This document shows, one piece after another, positions 12,201 through 24,967 of a DNA stretch of 51,141 nucleotides. The position numbers and the translations under genes are program-made. The notes under the pieces are model-generated. The model was not told the DNA's origin. It did not search any database and saw nothing but the letters and a program-made list of their open reading frames with translations. This DNA is from Nemertoderma westbladi (Eukaryota > Animalia > Xenacoelomorpha): assembly GCA_032718475.1 (NCBI GenBank), contig JAUCBJ010001079.1:1-51141 (forward strand), read 5' to 3'. Each line of letters starts with the position of its first letter. The first letter of the stretch is position 1.

Positions 12201-13246
12201 CCTGCTGTATCTACCTCCCGTCTCTCACTTGCACTCTGAGTTCGGCCAGCGGGCCAGGGAACCTGCTGTATCTACCTGCCGTCTCTCACTTACACTCTGA
12301 GTTCGGCCAGCGGGCCAGGGAACCTGCTGTATCTACCTCCCGTCTCTCACTTACACTCTGAGTTCGGCCAGCGGGCCAGGGAACCTGCTGTATCTACCTC
12401 CCGTCTCTCACTTGCACTCTGAGTTCGGCCAGCGGGCCAGGGAACCTGCTGTATCTACCTCCCATCTCTCACATACACTCTGAGTTCGGCCAGCGGGCCA
12501 GGGAACCTGCTGTATCTTCCTCCCGTCTCTCACTAACACTCTGAGTTCGACCAGCGGGCCAGGGAACCTGATGTATCTACCTCCCGTCTCTCGCTAACAC
12601 TCTGAGTTCGGCCAGCGGGCCAGGGAACCTGCTGTATCTACCTCCCGTCTCTCATTTGCACTCCGAGTTCGGCCAGCGGGCCAGGGAACCTGCTGTATCT
12701 ACCACCCGTCTCTCACTTCCACTCCGAGTTCAGCCAGCAGGCCAGTGAACCTGCTGTATCTACCTCCCGTTTCTCACTAACACTCTGAGTTCGGCCAGCG
12801 GGCCAGGGAACCTGCTGTATCTACCTCCCTTCTCTCACTTGCACTCTGAGTTCGGCCAGGGGACCAGCGAACCTGCTGTATCTACCTCCCGTCTCTCAAT
12901 TACACTCTGAGTTCGGCCACCGGGCTAGGGAACCTGCTGTATCTACCTCCCTTCTCTCACTTGCACTCTGAGTTCGGCCAGCAGACCAGGGAACCTGCTG
13001 TATCTACCTCCCGTCTCTCACTTGCACTCTGAGTTCGGTCAGCAGGCCAGGGAACCTGCTGTATCTACCTCCCATCTCTCACTTACACTCCGAGTTCGGC
13101 CAGCAGGCCAGGGAACCTGCTGTATCTACCTCCCGTCTCTCACTTACACTCTGAGTTCGGCCAGCGGGCCAGGGAACCTGCTGTATCTACCTCCCGTCTC
13201 TCACTTGCACTCTGAGTTCGGCCAGTGGGCCAGGGAACATGCTGTA
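9209..13246. repeat. Tandem array of about 66 x 61-bp units
   Basis: Unit CTGTATCTACCTCCCGTCTCTCACTTACACTCTGAGTTCGGCCAGCGGGCCAGGGAACCTG with a few 62-bp variants; the array begins and ends with CTGTA at the LTR junctions. Confidence 0.97.
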
Positions 13247-14674
13247 TGTTAGCGGTATTTCAACTTTTCATAACGCGAGTTGAATATTTTTTGTATTTAT
13301 TTAAAATGATTATTCCGATATCACTACTGGGTGCAGGACCACGGGTTTTGGGCACTTTCAATGAACTGGGGGCGATTTATGGGCGAATATTGGGGCAACT
13401 TACAGGGTATGGGAATAATTTCATATTTATAAGGGCCAGGGGTGGGAGGCAAAGTTAAGCAGTATTCAGGTTAGCCTGAGTACTATTAGGCCCTGGCCAA
13501 CTTCCTGCTGCCTGTAGAGGTGGATTTGGTAACGCGCCAGGCCTAAAGGACAAGGACTGCCCTTAGCGGCCCCTGGCCAACAGCAGTTATTACGAGCCTG
13601 AAAAGGACATCGGAACGCCAGCTGCTTGTGCCAGGGATTCGCGACGGGAAACGACAGCCTCCTTAGCTAAGCCGTACTGGTTCTCGATGACTGATCCCTT
13701 CGGGGTTCGCGAGGGGTGGGACGGACATGCGAAAGGGTGGCCGACTAACAGAGGACGGGTTTGACGAGGACTGCCCTTAGCGGTCTCTGGTCAACAGCAG
13801 TTATTACGAGCCTGAAAAGGACATTGGAACGCTGGCTGCGTGTACCAGGGATTTGCGATGGGAACCGACGACAGACCCCTTAGAAGCCGTACTGGTTCTT
13901 GATGACCGATCCCTTCGGGGTTCGTGAGGGGGGGGACGGACATGCGACGGGGTCGAAATTCAAAGGACTGGACGCTACTGGCCTACCGACTGTTCGGAGC
14001 AGTTTCTCGGCTGCCGAAGCGACTACGAGCCTGAATAAGGACTCGGAAAGCCTAGGTGGTTGGGTCTCTGCGATGAACCGACGGCCCCCTAGCCAAGCCG
14101 TACTGGTTCTCGATGATCGATCCCTTCGGGGATCGGGAGGGGTGGGACGGATACGCGAACGGGTCCACCGACATGACAGACTCCTAGCCAAGCCGTACTG
14201 GTTCTCGATGATCGATCCCTTCGGGGTTCGGGAGGGGTGGAACGGACACGCGACAGGGTCGACCGACACCGACACTACGGCACTAAGACCAGGACTGGGG
14301 AACATTAGGTAGGCTAAAATCTGGGGAACATTGGGTAGGCTAAAATCTGAGCGAACAGTGGGTAATTAAATAATATACTGTAGGGATTTATATTGTCGTG
14401 TATAATTATTGTGAATATTTGGTGTATATTGATTTGGGGAAGCCCAATTAATTATCAAACAGGATTCAATGTTGTTGAACAGGATTCAACTGTAGGAAGT
14501 TACATTAAAGAGTATATCCAACCAATGCAATTTTTCCTCAACCGCAATCCTGCATTCAAGATATCATTCCTTCTCCACAATCAATATCCGGTGACTGGCC
14601 GGGACTCTGTGGTCTGTAAAGTCACGTCTCCAGCATCGGCGTTTTCCCCCCTGGTGTTTGGGATAACGGCAACA
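13247..14674 (+). repeat. 5' LTR (1428 bp)
   Basis: TGTT...AACA termini; copy of 7684-9208 lacking one internal ~95-bp unit; followed by the leader and the gag start. Confidence 0.95.
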
Positions 14675-15109
14675 AAATTGATAATTAATGGGATCAATTT
14701 TGATAGGGTGTCAAAATTGATAATTAAACGCGGCCAACTTCAACTGGTGGAAGTTGGGAATTCTTCAATACTCTTCAAACTCTCTCCGTGCTTACCCAGC
14801 ACCCACTACGAGGAAACTCTGGTATTTGAGTTAAGACAAAGTCGTGGTTTAATTAATCAACAAACTCGATCTAACCAACTCGTAGTCGGCAGATCACATA
14901 TTGGAGAGTTGTTAACAGGGAATGGAAGTATCGATCACACCCATTGATATCATCCAAGTTGAGCCATGAATCTGGCACGTTGAAGTGGAAGTACAAGGAA
15001 CGAACGTCGTACGATTCAGGATTACCGTTCGGGTGGTCCAGGCTGAGTACGATACCTACGAGGAACTATTCTACGACATCGCATATCTAGCTATCAACGA
15101 GACGTTGGA

Positions 15110-16666
15110 ATGATGGCGAACAACGTATCCGATACCGATGAGATGGACCACCACACAGATTCGGAAGCCGACGAGGTACCGAACGTCAAGAACATGACCC
15201 GTCGACTAGGGGCTCTCAAGGGCGGAGTAACTCGAGCGTATCAACGGATAGAGAAACAACTCAAGGGAATCAAAACCCCCCTCAACGAGATACAAACTCA
15301 GCTTCAGAGTATCCGAAACATCTTACAGCGATATGAAAGAATGATACAGGCGTACCAAGAGCTCGTTCCCCCCACCGATCAGGAAAACTACCCCAGGTTA
15401 GAAGAACACGTTGTACATCTAGATGGGTTCCGCAAACAACACCGGAGGACCCTCAGCCTTGTGAGAGGCTACGAAGAACAGTACTACAAGAGAGCCGAAA
15501 GAACAGATGCAGAATCAGTGCGAACCTCCAGCACCAGGACAGCAGTACATCGAAGGAAATCGGGGTCCTCGAGAAACCAGCACTCCAGCGCTAGGAGCGC
15601 GGTGTCCGGTTCAGCACACAGCTCTCAAGGGGGTCAACCACTCCGAGACCAGCTACGAGAACGGAAGGCATTAGCCCTCAAAGGTGAACAACATAGACGA
15701 GAGGCCGAACGGCAGGCCGAACAACGCAAACAGGAGGCTGAATGGCAGGCCGAACAACGCGAACAGGAGGCTGAACAACATAGATGAGAGGCCGAACGGC
15801 AGGCCGAACAACGCAAACAGGAGGCTGAACGGCAGGCCGAACAACGCAAACAGGAGGCTGAACAACGCGGACGAGAGGCCGAACTGGAGATCAAACAACG
15901 TAAATGGGAAGCAGAAATGCGTAAACAACACACCGAGGCCCAAGCGATTCTCATCCACAAAAAGAATGCGGATATTGCAAAACTCGCGTAATACGAAGCC
16001 GCACTTATAGAACGAGATATTCAACTCTACGAGGACTGGGAAAGGGATATAGATCAGGAATATGAACCAATCCCGGTACCGGAATTAGAGAAGTCATTTA
16101 TACCGACAGCGGCGAAACTTCCGAAACCCGAGATTCCGCCTACCAAACAGTCTACGTTATCGGCACAAGCACCAGTGTTCCATCCCCCACCGGTTACGCT
16201 TAAAAATGAGGAACCGTATTTCCCATCCAACCCCACGGCAACGAGTGTACCCAAGTACGAGCCTGAAAGGGACTCAGAACGGGACGCCACTCCCCGATCC
16301 AACAACCCATTTACATCCACACCACAAACCCGTAGTCGCGTCATCATTAAAACTCCACCTATCATTGATCCATCGAGTATGGGAGTGAGTGCCAATAACT
16401 ATAACCCTCCGAGTCACTCCAGTTCAGACGACATCGGTATTATCCGGGCATTGGAAAACCGCCTTGCCATGCCCAAGATGGAGATCCGCACCTTCGAAGG
16501 AGATCCCGTAGATTACCTCAGATTCAAGAAACGGTTCTTTGCGCAGATTGGATCAACGGACATAGCCGACGCACAGAAATTGGTATATTTATCGCAATAC
16601 CTGGGTGACAAACCACGCCGAATTATTGCATGTTTTGAGGGAGGTTCTCATGAGGCATACTATGAC
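15110..16666 (+). pseudogene. BEL/Pao gag, 5' half (coiled coil and DUF1759-like region), in-frame stops at 15785-15787 and 15989-15991, broken at ATGAC
   Basis: ORFs starting at 15110 and 16175 are one frame. MPKMEIRTFEGDPVDYLRFKKRF...QKLVYLSQYLGD is typical BEL/Pao gag. Internal 33-bp EAERQAEQRKQ repeats at about 15690-15880. Confidence 0.9.
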
Positions 16667-16860
16667 TGTAAAAGCTTTTGTGGGATAACTGATACGTTTG
16701 CCTTTGCTGGCCAGTTCCCCCCCAGGCGCTGGAATACTCTAAAAAAGGTTTTCTAACTGTATATATATTCCCCTCGCCCGCAAGGTACCTTTACAGGTGT
16801 TTTAACGGACATAAAAATCATTCTGCTATATACGTGTTTTAGCGGACATGGTAAGACAAA
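16667..16860. mobile_element. Opposite terminus (TGTAAAAGCTTTTG...) of element 'B'; right limit unknown
   Basis: Starts with TGT right after ATGAC (16662-16666); imperfect inverted match to positions 28-41. Confidence 0.45.
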
Positions 16861-17863
16861 AAACTTGTAATGCACCAACCACCTTTCACAGCTTAGCCGT
16901 GATGATTCATATTACGACATCTAGCAGCTGGTTGCTGACATGGAAACAGCCATTGGCCGCGTGGTTCTTTGTTTGGCTTGGGCCAATCAGGGCGGTTTTT
17001 CCTGTCGACGTGTAGCTTTTCTGCCGATCATAAGGAGAGTGTTCAGTCTTACTGTTTTTTCTTGATACTTTGTTGTTATTGCTGTCTAAGCCAGAAACAC
17101 CGGCATTTTTGGATAGATACTGCTGTACCGTAAACTGCTTGAATTATCGAAAGTATAAACTGTTACCTGACTTAAATCACTCATCTCACCTTGATACTTT
17201 ACTTACTTAATTTAATTGCATTAATCATATTGTTTGTACTGTTATTTTACCGTCAGTTATTAATTGTAAATATTTGTTGATGGAAATATTGCTATTTGGA
17301 TAATACGGATAAATCACCCAATTCCCAATTTTCTTGATAACACTACAGGTTAGAGAGACCGGCTATATATAACAATTGCGATTTATATTAATGTGGTGTA
17401 TATTGAATCCAATGTTATTTAGCAGACCCTACGTGAGTCAATTACTGCTCTCTTTATGTGTGATCAAATGTACTGACTGTCGGCAGAATAGTGTGTATGA
17501 TTGTGATTATTGGTAACAAAGTATTTCCTAAAGAATACGTTTTATACTTTAATCATAAGCAGTATCGTTGCGTTTAGTATAAGTCTTAGTTCTGTTTAAA
17601 TAGATAAAGCGCCACGTCCTAAAGGAACTGTTAATATTTCCCGAAAGCCAATAATATCTGTCAGAGATTAATTATTAACGATCTATCGAATAATACATTA
17701 GGTATACACTGCAACCTTACACTGTAATAATACAATTCAAGCATCCGAATTCAGTCTCCCGGGTGTAGATCCATCGGGTGAATGATCGCGCATGGGCTGA
17801 TTTCGGCTAATGTTTTGCGTATTAGCATAAATTATTGTCGTATGCTAAAGTGGTTTTAATTAA

Positions 17864-18037
17864 CTAAAAGATGGCAAATCCGAAGCCCATGTTGTACGGA
17901 TTGGGTAGATAGGCGTGCGGGTTGTTTATCGGCAGTCCCTCTCTCAGTCCACAATTATCTTGCGCCACTTGCGGTGGGGGTTGTGGTGGTGGGAATATCA
18001 ATTTCGGGGTCATCATTTGACGGGGAGAGAATGAAAT
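17864..18037 (-). CDS. Orphan gene exon 4 (terminal; ISFSPRQMMTPKLIFPPPQPPP...GFAIF*)
   Basis: Acceptor ttttttattcatag; phase 0 matches exon 3; open to TAG at 17864-17866; the other two phases stop early. Confidence 0.65.
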   Translation of the reverse strand: MSFSPRQMMTPKLIFPPPQPPPQVAQDNCGLREGLPINNPHAYLPNPYNMGFGFAIF

Positions 18038-18051
18038 CTATGAATAAAAAA

Positions 18052-21000
18052 GTAACAATGCGACTTTCAATCCTATACTGTAACAATACGAGTTTCAATC
18101 CTATACTGTAACAATGCGAGTATCAATCCTATACTGTAACAATGTGAGTTTCAATCCTATACTGTAACAATGCGAGTTTCACTCCAATACTGTAACAATG
18201 CGAGTTTCAATTACATACTGTAACAATGCGAGTTTCACTCCTATACTGTAACAATGCGAGTTTCACTCCTATACTGTAACAATGCGAGTTTCACTCCTAT
18301 ACTGTAACAATGCGAGTTTCAATCCTATTCTGTAACAATGCGAGTTTCACTCCTATACTGTAACAATGCGAGTTTCAATTACATACTGTAACAATGCGAG
18401 TTTCAATCCTATTCTGTAACAATGCGCGTTTCACTCCTATACTGTAACAATGCAAGTTTCAATCCTATACTGTAACAATGCGAGTTTCACTCCTATACTG
18501 TAACAATGTGAGTTGCAATCCTATACTGTAACAATGCGAGTTTCAATCCTATACTGTAACAATGCGAGTTTCAATCCTATACTGTAACAATGCGAGTTTC
18601 AATCCTATACTGTAACAATGCGAGTTTCACTCCTATACTGTAACAATGCGAGTTTCAATCCTATACTGTAACAATGCGAGTTTCACTCCTATACTGTAAC
18701 AATGCGAGTTTCAATCCTATACTGTAACAATGCGAGTTTCAATCCTATACTGTAACAATGCGAGTTTCAATCCTATACTGTAACAATGCGAGTTTCACTC
18801 CTATACTGTAACAATGCGAGTTTCAATCCTATACTGTAACAATGCGAGTTTCAATCCTATTCTGTAACAATGCGAGTTTCAATCATATACTGTAACAATG
18901 CGAGTTTCAATCCTATTCTGTAACAATGCGAGTTTCAATCATATACTGTAACAATGCGAGTTTCACTCCTATACTGTAACAATGCGAGTTTCAATCCTAT
19001 TCTGTAACAATGCGAGTTTCAATCATATACTGTAACAATGCGAGTTTCAATCATATACTGTAACAATGCGAGTTTGAATCATATACTGTAACAATGCGAG
19101 TTTCACTCCTATACTGTAACAATGCGAGTTTCAATCTATATACTGAAACAATGCGAGTTTCACTCATATACTGTAACAATGCGAGTTTCACTCCTATACT
19201 GTAACAATGCGAGTTTCACTCATATACTGTAACAATGCGAGTTTCAATCCTATACTGTAACAATGCGAGTTTCAATCCTATACTGTAACAATGCGAGTTT
19301 CAATCCTATACTGTAACAATGCGAGTTTCACTCCTATACTGTAACAATGCGAGTTTCACTCCTATACTGTAACAATGCGAGTTTCACTCCTATACTGTAA
19401 CAATGCGAGTTTCAATCCTATACTGTAACAATGCGAGTTTCACTCCTATACTGTAACAATGCGAGTTTCAATCCTATACTGTAACAATGCGAATTTCAAT
19501 CCTATACTGTAACAATGCGAGTTTCGATTACATACTGTAACAATGCGAGTTTCAATGCTATACTGTAACAATGCGAGTTTCACTCCTATACTGTAACAAT
19601 GCGAGTTTCAATCCTATACTGTAACAATGCGAGTTTCAATCCTATCCTGTAACAATGCGAGTTTCACTCCTATACTGTAACAATGCGAGTTTCAATCCTA
19701 TACTGTAACAATGCGAGTTTCAATTCTATACTGTAACAATGCGAGTTTCACTCCTATACTGTAACAATGCGAGTTTCAATCCTATTCTGTAACAATGCGA
19801 GTTTCAATCCTATACTGTGACAATGCGAGTTTTTCACTCCTATACTGTAACAATGTGAGTTGCAATCCTATACTGTAACAATGCGAGTTTCACTCCTATA
19901 CTGTAACAATGCGAGTTTCAATCCTATACTGTAACAATGCGAATTTCACTCCTATACTGTAACAATGCGAATTTCTATCCTATACTGTAACAATGCTAGT
20001 TTCACTCCTATACTGTAACAATGCGAGTTTCAATCCTATACTGTAACAATGCGAGTTTCACTCCTATACTGTAACAATGTGAGTTGCAATCCTATACTGT
20101 AACAATGCGAGTTTCACTCCTATACTGTAACAATGCGAGTTTCAATCCTATACTGTAACAATGCGAATTTCACTCCTATACTGTAACAATGCGAATTTCA
20201 ATCCTATACTGTAACAATGCTAGTTTCACTCCTATACTGTAACAATACGAGTTTCAATCCTATACTGTAACAATGCGAGTTTCAATCCTATACTGTAACA
20301 ATGCGAGTTTCACTCCTATACTGTAACAATGCGAGTTTCACTCCTATACTGTAACAATGCGAGTTTCAATGCTATTCTGTAACAATGCGAGTTTCACTCT
20401 TATACTGTAACAATACGAGTTTCAATCCTATACTGTAACAATGCGAGTTTCAATCCTATACTGTAACAATGCGAGTTTCACTCCTATACTGTAACAATGC
20501 GAGTTTCACTCCTATACTGTAACAATGCGAATTTCAATCCTATACTGTAACAATGCTAGTTTCACTCCTATACTGTAACAATGCGAGTTTCACTCCTATA
20601 CTGTAACAATGCGAGTTTCACTCCTATACTGTAACAATGCGAGTTTCACTCCTATACTGTAACAATGCGAGTTTCACTCCTATACTGTAACAATGCGAGT
20701 TTCAATGCTATTCTGTAACAATGCGAGTTTCACTCCTATACTGTAACAATACGAGTTTCAATCCTATACTGTAACAATGCGAGTTTCAATCCTATACTGT
20801 AACAATGCGAGTTTCACTCCTATACTGTAACAATGCGAGTTTCACTCCTATACTGTAACAATGCGAATTTCAATCCTATACTGTAACAATGCGAGTTTCA
20901 CTCCTATACTGTAACAATGCGAATTTCAATCCTATACTGTAACAATGCGAGTTTCAATCCTATACTGTAACAATGCGAGTTTCACTCCTATACTGTAACA

Positions 21001-22169
21001 ATGCGAGTTTCACTCCTATACTGTAACAATGCGAGTTTCAATCCTATACTGTAACAATGCGAATTTCACTCCTATACTGTAACAATGCGAGTTTCACTCC
21101 TATACTGTAACAATGCGAGTTTCACTCCTATACTGTAACAATGCGAGTTTCACTCCTATACTGTAACAATGCGAGTTTCACTCCTATACTGTAACAATAC
21201 GAGTTTCACTCCTATACTGTAACAATACGAGTTTCAATCCTATACTGTAACAATGCGAGTTTCACTCCTATACTGTAACAATGCGAGTTTCACTCCTATA
21301 CTGTAACAATGCGAGTTTCACTCCTATACTGTAACAATGCGAGTTTCACTCCTATACTGTAACAATGCGAGTTTCACTCCTATACTGTAACAATGCGAGT
21401 TTCACTCCTATACTGTAACAATGCGAGTTTCACTCCTATACTGTAACAATGCGAGTTTCACTCCTATACTGTAACAATGCGAGTTTCACTCCTATACTGT
21501 AACAATACGAGTTTCAATCCTATACTGTAACAATGCGAGTTTCACTCCTATACTGTAACAATGCGAGTTTCACTCCTATACTGTAACAATGCGAGTTTCA
21601 CTCCTATACTGTAACAATGCGAGTTTCACTCCTATACTGTAACAATGCGAGTTTCACTCCTATACTGTAACAATACGAGTTTCAATCCTATACTGTAACA
21701 ATGCGAGTTTCAATCCTATACTGTAACAATGCGAGTTTCACTCCTATACTGTAACAATGCGAGTTTCACTCCTATACTGTAACAATGCGAGTTTCACTCC
21801 TATACTGTAACAATGCGAGTTTCACTCCTATACTGTAACAATACGAGTTTCAATCCTATACTGTAACAATGCGAGTTTCACTCCTATACTGTAACAATGC
21901 GAGTTTCAATCCTGTACTGTAACAATGCGAGTTTCACTCCTATACTGTAACAATGCGAGTTTCACTCCTATACTGTAACAATGCGAGTTTCAATCCTATA
22001 CTGTAACAATGCGAGTTTCACTCCTATACTGTAACAATGCGAGTTTCACTCCTATACTGTAACAATGCGAGTTTCAATCCTATACTGTAACAATGCGAGT
22101 TTCACTCCTATACTGTAACAATGCGAGTTTCACTCCTATACTGTAACAATGCGAGTTTCACTCCTACTG
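18052..22169. repeat. Tandem array of about 147 x 28-bp units filling most of intron 3 of the orphan gene
   Basis: Unit CTGTAACAATGCGAGTTTCAMTCCTATA. Confidence 0.97.
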
Positions 22170-22415
22170 TGGCGCAACTAAATTTCACCCATTGTGAAAA
22201 TATATTTAGTGATGTTTTAGAATAATTGTATAAATGAATGAATATATTTTGTTTCTCTTTAGACTAGGCCCAGCCAGGGTATATCTGAAACAGAATATTA
22301 TGATTTGAAATAGTAGGAACTCTGTGCCCGATAATATCAGTTTGAATATTGTTTGTTTTTATTTTGTTTCATTTTTAACAGGTGTGAATATAATAATAAT
22401 AATAATAATTCTTAC

Positions 22416-22684
22416 ATGATTGGTGGAAGTATTAACGTCTGATATTAAGTATTGTGGCCGTATTTGTGTATTTTGGGTGGGGGTTTGCTGCGATATCCAC
22501 GGCACCCCCATCGCATCCCATTGCTGCGGAGCTCCGTACGGACTTTGCAGACCGCATTCACTCCATCGTAAAGGACTCTCCTTCTCTCCACCCGAAATTC
22601 CACCAAGTTGAGTCCCAAGAGGCGACAGGTTAGGTGTGGAATGCTTTGCGAGGTCAATGGATTTTGATAAGTGTAGACTTTGGC
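22416..22684 (-). CDS. Orphan gene exon 3 (QSLHLSKSIDLAKH...VNTSTNH)
   Basis: Acceptor tttccgttacctag, donor gtaaga; 269 nt, phase 1 in and phase 0 out, open frame. Confidence 0.68.
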
Positions 22685-23090
22685 CTAGGTAACGGAAACA
22701 CATGGTAATCTGGGTGATTAAAAACGTTAAAAGTACTACAGTATGTAGTGCTGCTGTAAATGAATATATCGTGACATTTCAAGTAATAATTCTCAATTTC
22801 ATTTTTGTGCCTCACTGCAATTATGCAACAGTTATTTATGTAGATATTATGTAGAGCTGTAGGTAGAGTGCGTAGAGTTTACAATTTATATCGTCAGATC
22901 TCTCTAAACGAGGTAAAACTGAATAAATATTGAAAGTATCGAAACAAAACAAATACACATGAGGTCACTAGGGGTCTCTCCTCAACACAAACTATGTACC
23001 ATCAGCTAACACCCTATTGCCACTCTCGTTGTACAACCCAGACTGTTTCTGTCCTGCCTTGTTACTTGTCCTTCGTTATAGGCAGTTACT

Positions 23091-23260
23091 GTGGGGCGAG
23101 CCACGAAGTGAGTGAGCCTTAGCGTAGTGGTACCATTAATCAACCTGTCGTTCTGTCGTTCTGTCGTTCTGTCGTTCTGTCGTGTTCAATTTTAAACGTT
23201 AATAACTCGGCCAATCTTTGATGAAATCTATCCAAACTTGGTACACATGTTGTTTGGCAA
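23091..23260 (+). mobile_element. Non-autonomous MITE/Helentron(HINE)-like element end with an internal microsatellite
   Basis: GTGGGGCGAGCCACGAAGT...CCTTAGC is shared with 41881 and, inverted, with 43620-43669; (CTGTCGTT)n follows. Right boundary approximate. Confidence 0.55.
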
Positions 23261-24774
23261 AAGTTTAGAAATTTTCCAAGTAGAATTTCCGTGTGGCCTT
23301 CGAGAAGCTAAGATAATAGCAGTTAATTAGTTAATTAAGTTGATTGCGGTGAAAACGCCATTTTCAACCTGCCTTTTAAAGGAAATTAATTGTTTTACAG
23401 TATAAGATTTAAATAATTATACTTAAAAATTATACAGATATAATCCCCATACGCCATTCTATTATAGTTTTTAATTAGTTTAAGTGATTTGCTTTAATAA
23501 ATGTGTCTTTAATTGATCTAAACGTAATTAAACCGCACAATTATTGAGTACAAATTTAATCCTTCCCATTATTGGTCAAGTCTCTGCTGGTGTGGAGCTA
23601 GCTGCTGGGAGTTGTGGCTGTAGACTAACCTGAGAGGAATTGTAATAGAGGCAACCAGTATTGCTATTCCAGCCCAATCACTGAATTGTGTTTATTATAG
23701 GCTGGACGGGCCGCATAACCGTTCGACTATTACTACTATTGCTATCTCAGTTTGACAGATATAATAACATAAATACAATCCATGGCATGGCTGTTGTAGG
23801 CTTCTGAAATAGTTTATTCCACAATGTATATGTCTGGTTATTTTTTAATTGAATTTTTGCAAAGTAGTAAAATTAATGTTCTTAAAAATAATATTATTAT
23901 TTTATATGTAACCTAGGAAATTAGCTACTTTTTTTCGCTGCAGCTTTAAGAGTGTACATTGATTTAATATTATTTCAATACCCATATTACTACATCGGCA
24001 TAAGATGCGTTGGCGTTGTATCACACATCTCCACATATCACACATCTCCACATAGATGTATCAACAGTTACTCGCACAGTTTCGAAACTTCGCATAGTTA
24101 TAACTGTATAAAGATCGTCAGTCTGCGTTTAGGAAAAATATTTTATGACAAAACAGGACAAGCGACGAGCGCAACGAGGCATATAATGAAGACGAGTACT
24201 GCGTTGACTAAATTATTATATAAACCACCTGGCTTCACATATTGATCGCATCCCTAGTTATTATTATTATAAAGATCGTCCTAGCTTGCGTTTAAGAAAT
24301 ATATTTAAATACAAAACAGGACGAACGCAAAGAGGCTTATAATGAAAACGAGCACTGCGTTTATTATATTCCTATAAACAACCTGGCTTTGCATATTTAA
24401 CGTGCGATTGGAAATAAGTTCGTGCTACCCTTCCGTGGGTGGTAGATGTCGCGGTTATGTATTGGTGGTTGGGAAGGGTGGGGGGGGGGGGGGGAGATTA
24501 AAAGGGGTGAACACGTACTGTCCACCTTTCTTTGATTGATTGGTGGTGTGGGTAAATTTCTCAAAACCTGATTTTGTGATACAATCGCTGCATTTTAATT
24601 TGTATATAATAACTAGGCCTCGTGCTGCGCGAAGTCCCCACGAACGTGTACTAAAGTGCTAATTAGGATGAATTTATTAACAATTTATGTGCTATTTATT
24701 ATTAATTATTCATATTAATTAATTAGTTATATATAAAATATATTAATATTTTTTACTGCGGTATAAATTCGTAC

Positions 24775-24967
24775 CATAAATATCTTCAGTGTCGGGAAAA
24801 CTTTCGCCATCGCTGAGCTCATCATCGGTGGCGTGGTCTCTCCTACAAATGATATATTGAGGTTTAATTTCTTCGTTGCCAAATCCATCACTTCCCTCGG
24901 GGGAACGATTGTTTTCATTGAGTTTTATTGGGCATTGTCCACTTCCTTCAGAGTGGCAAGGTGACGT
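24775..24967 (-). CDS. Orphan gene exon 2 (TSPCHSEGSGQ...DTEDIY)
   Basis: Acceptor T-tract-tag, donor gtacga; 193 nt, phase 0 in and phase 1 out; open in a frame not listed in the ORF track. Confidence 0.68.

Noticed and set aside
9209-13246. Two independent site-specific insertions into the same position of the satellite unit
   Set aside because: Not fully excluded, but both halves also break at the identical ATGAC in gag, which is far simpler to explain by a single original insertion.
7684-14674. A small non-autonomous LTR element consisting of LTR-satellite-LTR
   Set aside because: The PPT lies outside the left LTR, gag lies outside the right LTR, and the CTGTA duplication faces inward, so the LTRs belong to the outer coding parts.
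8241-14947. ORFs within the LTRs and satellite (e.g. 8290-8688, 8927-9304, 13899-14312, 14393-14947)
   Set aside because: Mostly non-ATG starts, no protein motifs, and their ends differ between the two LTR copies.
9209-22169. CRISPR-like arrays
   Set aside because: Units are head-to-tail with no unique spacers, there are no cas genes, and the context is eukaryotic.
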